Assembly (NCBI RefSeq): GCF_029882185.1
Contig: NZ_JAOULD010000001.1
Span: forward strand, 56,423 to 88,422
DNA length: 32,000 nucleotides
Reading direction: 5' to 3'
From: Nitrosopumilus sp.
GTDB lineage: Archaea > Thermoproteota > Nitrososphaeria > Nitrososphaerales > Nitrosopumilaceae
Under the pieces are notes generated by a model. That model saw only the letters and a program-made list of their open reading frames with translations, was not told where the DNA came from and searched no databases. Below, one piece after another: positions 9,013 through 16,324 of the stretch (position 1 is its first letter; each line of letters begins with the position of its first letter). A program made the translations under genes and the position numbers.

Positions 9013-9591
9013 ATGAGTCAAATTAAGCCTAACTCTGAAATATATGAGCGTGAACGAGTAATTCTCGAGACCATCAAGAATTATCCTGAACTACATCATA
9101 ATGCCTTGTTGAAAAAAATTGTGCCAGAGTTTATGGCAAAAACAACCTTTGAAAAAACAAGGGATTCTTTATTGGAAAAAGAAATCATTATCGTTTCCCA
9201 TAAAGGAAATATGAAATTTTACACTCCTGTTAAAAATTTCGAGGAGAGAATTCATCATAGAATTGAACAAAATACCAATAATTCATACCATGATTTAAAA
9301 TTGAAAATCAAAAAATTAGATACTGATTACTCTCACAAAGATATTGATGACAAAATATCGATTGCAAATTTTTTATTAAGAAACTTAATTCTGGTCGATA
9401 CTGGATTCACACTCTTAGATTCTGTAAAAAACCCTAAAAAGACACTGTATCGTGATGAACACTTGACTGTTCAGCAATTAATTGATCATGTTTTTGAAAT
9501 TATTAGACAAGACAAAGACTTTGAGATCATTTTTCCCACCACTGTCAGTAATTTAGTTGGGTTTGTACCTCCTACATTTTTAGATAAATAG
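9013..9591 (+). CDS. Putative winged-helix DNA-binding protein with a C-terminal helical domain (192 aa)
   Basis: The N-terminal roughly 75 aa show a wHTH pattern (RERVILETIKNYPELHHNALLKKI...LLEKEIIIVSHKGNMKFYTP). The size and layout match 15355-15921. Confidence 0.55.
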   Translation: MSQIKPNSEIYERERVILETIKNYPELHHNALLKKIVPEFMAKTTFEKTRDSLLEKEIIIVSHKGNMKFYTPVKNFEERIHHRIEQNTNNSYHDLKLKIKKLDTDYSHKDIDDKISIANFLLRNLILVDTGFTLLDSVKNPKKTLYRDEHLTVQQLIDHVFEIIRQDKDFEIIFPTTVSNLVGFVPPTFLDK

Positions 9592-9634
9592 GATTCCCTC
9601 TAGTTATTTATTCGGGATTGTTTATGGTGATCAT

Positions 9635-9862
9635 ATGGGATTACTTTATACAAAATTTTACATGGATTTTAACGGTGATGAATGGAAACAAATTTCCAAC
9701 AATCCAATCATATTCCAAGCAATCAAAGATGATGTCAGTTTAGAAGTAGAGGATGTTTCTCATAAATCATATAAAATTAATTTCAAATCTGGTGGAAAAC
9801 TCAACATGTTTAGAGTAACAGGAAAATTTCGTCTAACTTGGAATGATGACGATGTTGCCTGA
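9635..9862 (+). CDS. Hypothetical protein (75 aa)
   Basis: Open frame, co-directional with 9013-9591, 43 bp downstream. No motif recognised. Confidence 0.5.
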   Translation: MGLLYTKFYMDFNGDEWKQISNNPIIFQAIKDDVSLEVEDVSHKSYKINFKSGGKLNMFRVTGKFRLTWNDDDVA

Positions 9863-9899
9863 CTATATCAAATAATAATGGGTGTCGTAAATTCATTTC

Positions 9900-10130
9900 A
9901 TGTCATTAAAAGAAGAAATAAACAAAATTTCAAAAGATTTTGAAAATACATCTTCTGAAAAACTGATTGATGTTTTAAATCAAATAAAACCACATTTCAA
10001 AAATGAACTAATTCCTGAATACCTTCAAGCCAAAATTCAAAAAATTCAAGCCTCTACAGATGAGCCTGAAAAAAAGAAACAGTGTAAGGCATTATTGCCA
10101 TATTTTGATTGGTATTTACAAGGATTGTAA
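9900..10130 (+). CDS. Hypothetical helical protein (76 aa)
   Basis: Open frame, third gene of the + strand run 9013-10130. No motif recognised. Confidence 0.5.
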   Translation: MSLKEEINKISKDFENTSSEKLIDVLNQIKPHFKNELIPEYLQAKIQKIQASTDEPEKKKQCKALLPYFDWYLQGL

Positions 10131-10132
10131 AA

Positions 10133-10558
10133 CTATTCTAAAAAATTATTTATTTTCACTAATGCTGTTTTAATGATTTTCAGATCCTCTCTTGCATGTG
10201 TCATATTTCCGACGAGTTTTACAAAATATTCATGACCTGTATCTTCAGCTTTATGAATATCTGATTCGTAACATGTCAAAGCTTTTTCTAGAAATTGTTT
10301 TTCATCTAGGATGTTATTCATAACTTGAACGTCTTTAAGACCTTCATGAATTTTTTCTATTACTTCATTAATTTTTGGAACTGTCTTTCTAGCTTGTTGA
10401 TTTAAGACAGATGCAAACATTGCTGCTGAATCTTTTAACTCTGGACTATCGTTGAGTGTTTTTAATCTATTTTTATAATGATTCAATGATTTTAAAATTA
10501 TTTCATAGCCGCCTTCATCTTTAATGTAAATTCCTCCCAACCATAATTTTTCAGACAT
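10133..10558 (-). CDS. Hypothetical all-helical protein (141 aa)
   Basis: Clean ORF. It is tail-to-tail with 9900-10130, with a 2-bp gap. Confidence 0.6.
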   Translation of the reverse strand: MSEKLWLGGIYIKDEGGYEIILKSLNHYKNRLKTLNDSPELKDSAAMFASVLNQQARKTVPKINEVIEKIHEGLKDVQVMNNILDEKQFLEKALTCYESDIHKAEDTGHEYFVKLVGNMTHAREDLKIIKTALVKINNFLE

Positions 10559-10658
10559 TTCTGTTCTTTTTTTGATGTGTTATTATAATTTAGTTCTTAA
10601 ATTAGCACTAGTATAATTTCTACTTATTTTTAATATATCAGAGAATCATAGACCAATC

Positions 10659-10850
10659 ATGAATCTTACAAATGAATTTGGAATGAAAAAACTTGCAGCA
10701 AATTGTCCTATGTGTCTTATTGATTCATTATACTGTGGAATTATTCCTACTGAAATTAAATCCATTGCAAACAAAGAAGTCCTATTCTGTAAAACTTGTA
10801 AATTCGTCATTCCAGTAGATGAATACAAGAATATGATGCATCAGGCCTAA
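10659..10850 (+). CDS. Small zinc-ribbon protein (63 aa)
   Basis: CPMC ... CKTC pairs. The TATA-like tttttaatatat at 10627-10638 is centred about 26 nt upstream of the ATG. Preferred over the antisense ORF 10646-10828. Confidence 0.55.
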   Translation: MNLTNEFGMKKLAANCPMCLIDSLYCGIIPTEIKSIANKEVLFCKTCKFVIPVDEYKNMMHQA

Positions 10851-11071
10851 ACATCTGAATGTTCTTTCAATGATAGCTCGCTTTTGTTAATGAGATGAAG
10901 TAAAACACCTGCCAGAAATACTCCCATGCCACTAATGCCTACAAACGTTCCTGTATTTTTGATAAATCGCAATAATGGGTCTGTTTGACCTAATTCAATC
11001 AAATAAAACATTACTAGACCTGAAGCAAACATGAGTATACCTGTAATGGCAATCACTATGCTCATTTTCAT
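10847..11071 (-). CDS. Small membrane protein, 2 predicted TM helices (74 aa)
   Basis: Two hydrophobic stretches (IVIAITGILMFASGLVMFYLI and FVGISGMGVFLAGVLLHLI). Confidence 0.6.
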   Translation of the reverse strand: MKMSIVIAITGILMFASGLVMFYLIELGQTDPLLRFIKNTGTFVGISGMGVFLAGVLLHLINKSELSLKEHSDV

Positions 11072-11170
11072 ACTTTGGATGATATTTTCTGATTAATAAA
11101 TAACAAGAACAAACATGTGTTCTTTGATGAACTAGTAAACTCTTTTAATTAATTACAATCTTAAAAAATT

Positions 11171-12004
11171 ATGAATAATGCGTTTCTATTTTTTGTAATT
11201 GTCTCTTTATTGATAATCCCATCAACTGCTGAAATATTTGCACAAACAGAATATGAGATTAAAATTCCTTCTGGTGCATCTGATCCAAATGCTCCTTTCT
11301 TCTGGTCTGAAAAAAGTTCTGGAACAACCACTGGTGAAATCACTGTTTATCCTGGTGATTCAGTTACATGGCATAATGCTGACACCGCTTTTCATACAAT
11401 AACATCTGTTTCTGCATCCAGCATTGAAACTGGTAATTTTGAGGTAGATGGTATTTTTGATAGTGGATTTTTTACTGCAGGAAAATCGTATACTAGACAA
11501 TTCAATGATTTAGGAGATTTTTACTATTTTTGCAGTATCCATCCATACATGAACGGTGTAGTTCATGTGATAAAAAATCCCGGCAGTGTTAAAACCCTTG
11601 ATGGAGTGGCATCTGGATACTCTGATGATGGTTTGGGATTCAAAATAAAATACATCTTGGACACTGATTTACAAAACACTGTCCATGTCAACCCTGATGA
11701 AAAAACACTAACGTTTACAATTTCTGGATATACCGAAAATGAACAACTGACTCTTATTTTGCCCATAAAATTAATTGAAAATCCAAACACTGTTTGGGTA
11801 GATGGAGATATGACAGATTTTAAAATGGAAGATACTGCAACTGGAAAAAAATTGAACATTCCAATTACACCTAACTCAAAGGAAATCAAAATCATGGGAG
11901 CTAAAGTCATTCCAGAGTTTGGTTCCATAACCTTGTTAATTCTTGTGATTTCTATAGTGTCTGTTCTGGGTTTGACTCAAAGATCTAAAATTAGATTTTT
12001 ATAA
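11171..12004 (+). CDS. Secreted type-1 (blue) copper protein, amicyanin/plastocyanin-like cupredoxin with a second domain and a PEF-CTERM anchor (277 aa)
   Basis: N-terminal signal peptide. Copper ligand pattern: His in WHNADTAFHTITS, and C-x2-H-x2-M in FYYFCSIHPYMNGVVHV. The C-terminal IPEFGSITLLILVISIVSVLGLTQRSKIRFL is PEF followed by a TM helix and a basic tail. Confidence 0.85.
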   Translation: MNNAFLFFVIVSLLIIPSTAEIFAQTEYEIKIPSGASDPNAPFFWSEKSSGTTTGEITVYPGDSVTWHNADTAFHTITSVSASSIETGNFEVDGIFDSGFFTAGKSYTRQFNDLGDFYYFCSIHPYMNGVVHVIKNPGSVKTLDGVASGYSDDGLGFKIKYILDTDLQNTVHVNPDEKTLTFTISGYTENEQLTLILPIKLIENPNTVWVDGDMTDFKMEDTATGKKLNIPITPNSKEIKIMGAKVIPEFGSITLLILVISIVSVLGLTQRSKIRFL

Positions 12005-12143
12005 TAAAATTAGTCTAAAATAGGAACATTTGCCATATTTCAACACGTGATATCTCCCAAATCATCAAAAATTCATTTTTACATTAATAATTTTTAAAAA
12101 TTCATTTTTACTAGATTCATTAAAAAACAAATCATAAGAAAAA

Positions 12144-12279
12144 ATGACTGAAACAAAAATCTCCATCCCTTTCGCAAACCATTCAAAAAATCAATGCTCT
12201 AATTAATGATGGAAATGCTGATCTGGGAAGATTACAATCTATCTACAATTATCAAAAAACCTACACAAAAGAAAGTTAG
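12144..12279 (+). pseudogene. Possible frameshifted small ORF (about 44 codons)
   Basis: The ATG at 12144 gives MTETKISIPFAN and then stops after 20 codons. The +1 frame continues IQKINALINDGNADLGRLQSIYNYQKTYTKES to 12279 with no start of its own. The junction lies at aaacc/att, about 12178-12181. Confidence 0.25.
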
Positions 12280-12292
12280 TAAAAAGAATTAA

Positions 12293-12910
12293 TTATTTTA
12301 TTTTAATTGTCATTTCTTCCCCATTACCGATAGGCAATGTTGTTGTTATCACATCTGGTTTAGATTTCAAGTAGTCTGAAAATTTCTTCATATTTTGCCT
12401 ATATTTTTCAGGGTATAGCATGTTGTCTGTAACTATTATTCCTCCTAATGATACCATTGGCAAAATCAAATCAAAATATTCTATTATGTTTTCTTTATCT
12501 GCATCAATTAAAACAAAGTCAAAAAAACCTTTATTTTTTTCTTGAATTCTAAGTTCTTTTAAAATTTTGATCGCAATTCCTTCTTTTATCGTTATAATGT
12601 CTTCTATCTTTGCTTTTTGAAAGTTTTCATTTGCTCTTCTGATTTTTTCAGGATCTTGCTCAATCGTGATGATTTTTCCAGATTTTTTTATAATTGCCTT
12701 TGCACACCATATTGTAGAATATCCTACAGATGTGCCTATTTCTAGCATATTTTTTGCATTTTTTAGGCGTAAAATCATGCTTAATAATTCTCCTGTTTCT
12801 TTTGTAATTGCTAACATTCTTTCTTTTTGAGGAACATCTATTGATCTTGATTTTTCAAGGATAGAGCATTTTTCTAATTCTTCTAGAGTTCTTGAAATTG
12901 AATCATTCAT
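12293..12910 (-). CDS. Class I SAM-dependent O-methyltransferase, family 3 (caffeoyl-CoA OMT-like, 205 aa)
   Basis: Motif I LEIGTSVGYSTIW. The divalent-metal/catechol-OMT-type FDFVLIDADKENIIEYF and GGIIVTDNMLY motifs are present. Confidence 0.88.
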   Translation of the reverse strand: MNDSISRTLEELEKCSILEKSRSIDVPQKERMLAITKETGELLSMILRLKNAKNMLEIGTSVGYSTIWCAKAIIKKSGKIITIEQDPEKIRRANENFQKAKIEDIITIKEGIAIKILKELRIQEKNKGFFDFVLIDADKENIIEYFDLILPMVSLGGIIVTDNMLYPEKYRQNMKKFSDYLKSKPDVITTTLPIGNGEEMTIKIK

Positions 12911-13010
12911 CCATTTTATCTAATTTTGTTAAAATTTAACTCTGTCTTGAAAAATTTGTTTTTAAAACATTTGATAGCTTATATTTGCCAAATTATTTTT
13001 TAATATCCAT

Positions 13011-13388
13011 ATGGCAACAAAAAAAGTAGATCTGCTTGATGTGGTTCAACAAATACTCAATTTGAATACCAAAATGAGATTTGTAGCTATTATTAATGCT
13101 AAAGGAAATATCCGAGAAGCCATTATGAAGACAGGAAAAACTAATCTTAAATCTCAAAAAGAAGAAGAGCATTTCTGCAAGCAGGTTGCACAAAGACGTT
13201 CTATGAGAAAAGAGTTTGATAGATCGTTAGGAAAAGTAAGATATGTTCATGTTGAAAGAGAAAAAGTTTCTCAGATGGTAATTTACACTAGAAGAAATAT
13301 TGTATATTTTACAATGGAACCTGAAATGCCAATTAACACCAAAATCAGACTCATTACAAAAATTAAAAAAATTACTGCTGATCTTTGA
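13011..13388 (+). CDS. Uncharacterised small protein, paralog family copy 2
   Basis: The blocks KMRFVAIINAKGN and EFDRSLGKVRYVHVEREKVSQMVIY align to copies 1 and 3 with identical 46-residue spacing. Confidence 0.7.
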   Translation: MATKKVDLLDVVQQILNLNTKMRFVAIINAKGNIREAIMKTGKTNLKSQKEEEHFCKQVAQRRSMRKEFDRSLGKVRYVHVEREKVSQMVIYTRRNIVYFTMEPEMPINTKIRLITKIKKITADL

Positions 13389-13415
13389 GTTTAAATATTT
13401 TAGATTTGAATTGAA

Positions 13416-13766
13416 ATGACATTTCGTAAATATTTAGGTGATTCAAAAATGTTTGAATATGACAAATATTATCGTGATTGCCAACAAGAAAACAAACCTT
13501 TTATCAAAGCAAAAATCAACCCATTACACAAAAATTATTTTGTACAGATTGATTTGATGACCTGCAACTATGAATTGTCTACATCTGAGCAAGATTCTAT
13601 CAAAGAATTAACTCAACATGAAATTGATTATGTCCAATCAAATTCAAAATATGATTTTCAAGGATTTAGTATTGATAAAGAACTTGCTTGGTTTGATGGT
13701 ATTTCTTCTGAACGCCTTGATAATTTTTGTAATTCTCTTTATGATTTAACTCAAAAAATTAGTTAA
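13416..13766 (+). CDS. Hypothetical protein (116 aa)
   Basis: Open frame 27 bp downstream of 13011-13388, probably co-transcribed. No motif recognised. Confidence 0.55.
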   Translation: MTFRKYLGDSKMFEYDKYYRDCQQENKPFIKAKINPLHKNYFVQIDLMTCNYELSTSEQDSIKELTQHEIDYVQSNSKYDFQGFSIDKELAWFDGISSERLDNFCNSLYDLTQKIS

Positions 13767-13969
13767 AATCGTATCAAATTTTTTAAGATTTTATCAATAA
13801 TTTGTATCTCTTCCTTTCTTTCTTTTATTGTGGTTTTATTCCATTCTTTTGCAAATTCTGATTGTTTATCCATTCTTTCTAAAATTTCAATATGCTTTAC
13901 AAGGTGAATTTTATAGTCATGTAGCAAATCTAAATGCTTATTGTGATTTTTTTCAGTTGGTGTTGTCAT
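13763..13969 (-). CDS. Small charged helical protein (68 aa), small-helical family member
   Basis: It shares YKxxL...I.ILE[KR] with the product of 19845-20048. It overlaps the upstream gene 13953-14186 by 17 nt, an operon-like arrangement. Confidence 0.5.
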   Translation of the reverse strand: MTTPTEKNHNKHLDLLHDYKIHLVKHIEILERMDKQSEFAKEWNKTTIKERKEEIQIIDKILKNLIRF

Positions 13970-14186
13970 CCCATTCCTCTTCTTTAATATCTGGAAACAT
14001 GTCTCTTATTCGTTTTTTGTCTTTTTCCATTGCTTCTATTCTTTTATCTAAATGACTTTTAATTGCTGGTTCTCCTTCACTGTCTTTTTCTTTATTGATG
14101 TCTGAGATTACTTTGCAAAGTGATCTATAATACACAATATGATTTTTTTTAGATCTTTCTGATGTATCCTCTTCTTTTACATCCAT
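13953..14186 (-). CDS. Small charged helical protein (77 aa), small-helical family member
   Basis: The C-terminal KRIRDMFPDIKEEEW matches KIKKMFPDNFFEEL of 19845-20048. Both also have Y[RK][ST]L near the N-terminus. Confidence 0.55.
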   Translation of the reverse strand: MDVKEEDTSERSKKNHIVYYRSLCKVISDINKEKDSEGEPAIKSHLDKRIEAMEKDKKRIRDMFPDIKEEEWDDNTN

Positions 14187-14292
14187 ATTTTTTGTGCTTT
14201 TATTGAAAATAAGAATTTGGCGATTATATTTAATCTCAATTTAGAAATGCAATTCCATAACCCTTTTTATTTAATTCACATTTTTGGTCTGA

Positions 14293-14547
14293 TTACTTTC
14301 GTGTCATTTTACGTCCTAAAAATGCAATTATCCAACCTATTCCAATTAATCCAGTACCAAACAAAATATTCCATTCATAATATTTCACATACTCTTCTTC
14401 AAATCTAGGATCTTCCAGAAATTGCTCTTGTGGTATATCTGTCAAGAATAGTGCCCAAAATGAAAATACTATAAATAAAACTCCCAATGCAAAAAATCCG
14501 ATCATTACATATTTTGGAGCTCCTTGAATCATGATTATTATGCACAA
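14293..14547 (-). CDS. Small membrane protein, 2 TM helices (84 aa)
   Basis: Hydrophobic segments MIGFFALGVLFIVFSFWALFL and ILFGTGLIGIGWIIAFLG. Preferred over the antisense ORF 14217-14408. Confidence 0.6.
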   Translation of the reverse strand: MCIIIMIQGAPKYVMIGFFALGVLFIVFSFWALFLTDIPQEQFLEDPRFEEEYVKYYEWNILFGTGLIGIGWIIAFLGRKMTRK

Positions 14548-14628
14548 ATCCCCTATATGGACTAACTTTTCTCTACATGTAATTTTCTAGCAAATTTGAT
14601 TAAATACAATGAAATTGTAACTATGTAA

Positions 14629-15024
14629 ATGTCTGATGAACAGTTCCCACTTGAAGATATGAAAAATAGAATATCTGATATTTTGTTGGAGCCTGAAATA
14701 CGGTTCTGTGGTCTTATTGATAATACTGGGGAATTGATTGTAGGCGATATGAAAGCAGGTGTTGTTCCTTTTGAAAATGATGCAAGAAGAAAACAAATGT
14801 TTCAGGAACTAGCTCATAGAGTAGCAAACAGAACTGGGTTTGATGCTAATTTGGGCAGGGTAAAATATTCTTCTTCTAGACGAGAAAAAGTTGTAATGAT
14901 GAGTATTCCTATCGGAAAATATATCATTTTGGTAATTGCTGAACCCAGTGTAAATATAGACAGACTTGGTTGGAAAATAATAGACAAACTTGGACATCAG
15001 TGGTCTGAATTTCTAGGGTTTTAA
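14629..15024 (+). CDS. Uncharacterised small protein, paralog family copy 3
   Basis: Blocks EIRFCGLIDNTGE and GFDANLGRVKYSSSRREKVVMMSIP. An inverted repeat TACAAT/ATTGTA at 14605-14619 lies just upstream. Confidence 0.7.
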   Translation: MSDEQFPLEDMKNRISDILLEPEIRFCGLIDNTGELIVGDMKAGVVPFENDARRKQMFQELAHRVANRTGFDANLGRVKYSSSRREKVVMMSIPIGKYIILVIAEPSVNIDRLGWKIIDKLGHQWSEFLGF

Positions 15025-15085
15025 TTTTAGATTGTTTTTAATGAAAATGTTTTACACTAATATTGAAATTAAATAATTAATTGAC

Positions 15086-15358
15086 ATGAGAATTCTTGTA
15101 GATGAAAATTTGGATGGAATGGATGAGAAATTAAAACTATTGGGGTTTGATGCTTATAGTGTCCGAAAAATGCAAATGGAAGGAAAAAAACTCGGTTCTG
15201 ATTATTCTATAATTAATTACGCACGTGAAAATGGTATGATCATAGTTACAAAAGATACTGAATTTCGTAAAGCAAGTGAAGAAAATGATTTCCCTCTAAT
15301 TTTGCTTGATGATGAAGAAATCCTTAAAGTAATTATTGAAAAATTGAAAAAATTCTAA
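15086..15358 (+). CDS. DUF5615-like PIN-like domain protein (Mut7-C-related, 90 aa)
   Basis: MRILVDENL...GFDAYSV...SDYSIINYARENGMIIVTKDTEF matches the pattern I know for the DUF5615 family (DENL start; acidic D in a T.D.dF motif). Confidence 0.6.
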   Translation: MRILVDENLDGMDEKLKLLGFDAYSVRKMQMEGKKLGSDYSIINYARENGMIIVTKDTEFRKASEENDFPLILLDDEEILKVIIEKLKKF

Positions 15359-15921
15359 TTAACATTGTTTGAATCGATTTGTGATATTCTCAAATTTGCT
15401 AGAACTTCATTAAGAAAGCCTTCTTCTGGTTGATGTATAATACTCTTCATGATGGATTCCCAACAATCATTAATTTTCCTGTTGATTTGTGAATACATTT
15501 TGTCCTTTCTGAATGCAGGATAATATGATAATAGTTTCATTATTCCATCAGTTGATTGTACAATGTTAATCTGATGTATGATTGATCTTAGCCTTTCATG
15601 AAATGAATATTTTTTCATTCTGATGTCTGTTTCAAAATTAGATATCTCGCCGAAAATCATCTCTATCTCTTTGTACAAATTTTTGAGTTGCAAATTAACT
15701 GATTCAGACAGATTGATCAATTCGTATTCAATGTGGGACTTGCTGTGAATTTTTTTCTCTATTTCTCCTGATTCCACAAGTGCGCTGATTTCTCTGTAGA
15801 CTATTTTCTCGTTGCCTACTTTCTCCATGACTCTTTTGGCAAGCTCAGTCCCTCTGGTTTTGCCATTTTCATTTAGTACTCTGATGATTTCTGTTTTAAT
15901 GATCTCTGAGTTTTTATTCAT
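15355..15921 (-). CDS. Putative winged-helix DNA-binding protein with a C-terminal helical domain (188 aa)
   Basis: N-terminal wHTH pattern (IIRVLNENGKTRGTELAKRV...ISALVESGEIEKKI). Same length class and layout as 9013-9591. Confidence 0.55.
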   Translation of the reverse strand: MNKNSEIIKTEIIRVLNENGKTRGTELAKRVMEKVGNEKIVYREISALVESGEIEKKIHSKSHIEYELINLSESVNLQLKNLYKEIEMIFGEISNFETDIRMKKYSFHERLRSIIHQINIVQSTDGIMKLLSYYPAFRKDKMYSQINRKINDCWESIMKSIIHQPEEGFLNEVLANLRISQIDSNNVN

Positions 15922-15930
15922 AATTTTTCA

Positions 15931-16170
15931 CTATGTTTGTTTTTGATATTTTTCTAATACTGCCTTTTCTCCAATCTTGTTAATCTCTACTACTAAATCT
16001 TCTAAAATCTTTATTCCTTTTTCTATGGGTTCTTTTTCTAAATTCTTGTATTCTAGTTTTTGCTTGAGTACCATTCTTTCATTGTTTACAAAACTCAAAA
16101 GCGGAACATTCTCTCCCATGTTCAAGTTGACGAAAAAATCAATATATTCTTCAGTCGATTTTATTGCCAT
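15931..16170 (-). CDS. Hypothetical small protein (79 aa)
   Basis: Open frame 9 bp upstream of 15355-15921 on the same strand, probably an operon. No motif recognised. Confidence 0.5.
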   Translation of the reverse strand: MAIKSTEEYIDFFVNLNMGENVPLLSFVNNERMVLKQKLEYKNLEKEPIEKGIKILEDLVVEINKIGEKAVLEKYQKQT

Positions 16171-16324
16171 GTTTTAGAATTTTTCTACTACTATTTGTTT
16201 GAAAGCCTTCAAACTAGGTTTGGTCTAATTTTTTGTATTTGTATGGCAAGGTGAGATTTTTTCAAATTATCTTGTCTTTTAGATGTGATGATATTTTTAG
16301 ACGTTGAATTCTGAACTAATAAAT

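Noticed and set aside
10646-11928. ORFs 10646-10828(-), 11161-11343(-) and 11563-11928(-)
   Set aside because: They are antisense to the zinc-ribbon ORF, which has a well-spaced TATA box, and to the motif-supported cupredoxin gene.
3060-14628. A shared TTTGAT(T)A motif upstream of the three paralog-family genes
   Set aside because: Its distance to the ATG differs (about 27, 41 and 34 nt), and the word is expected by chance in AT-rich spacers.
12993-14997. ORFs 12993-13193(-), 13828-14055(+), 14217-14408(+), 14587-14796(-) and 14809-14997(-)
   Set aside because: Each is antisense to a better-supported gene (a paralog-family member, a small helical pair or a TM protein) and is Phe/Ile/Ser/Cys-rich, typical of the wrong strand in AT-rich DNA.
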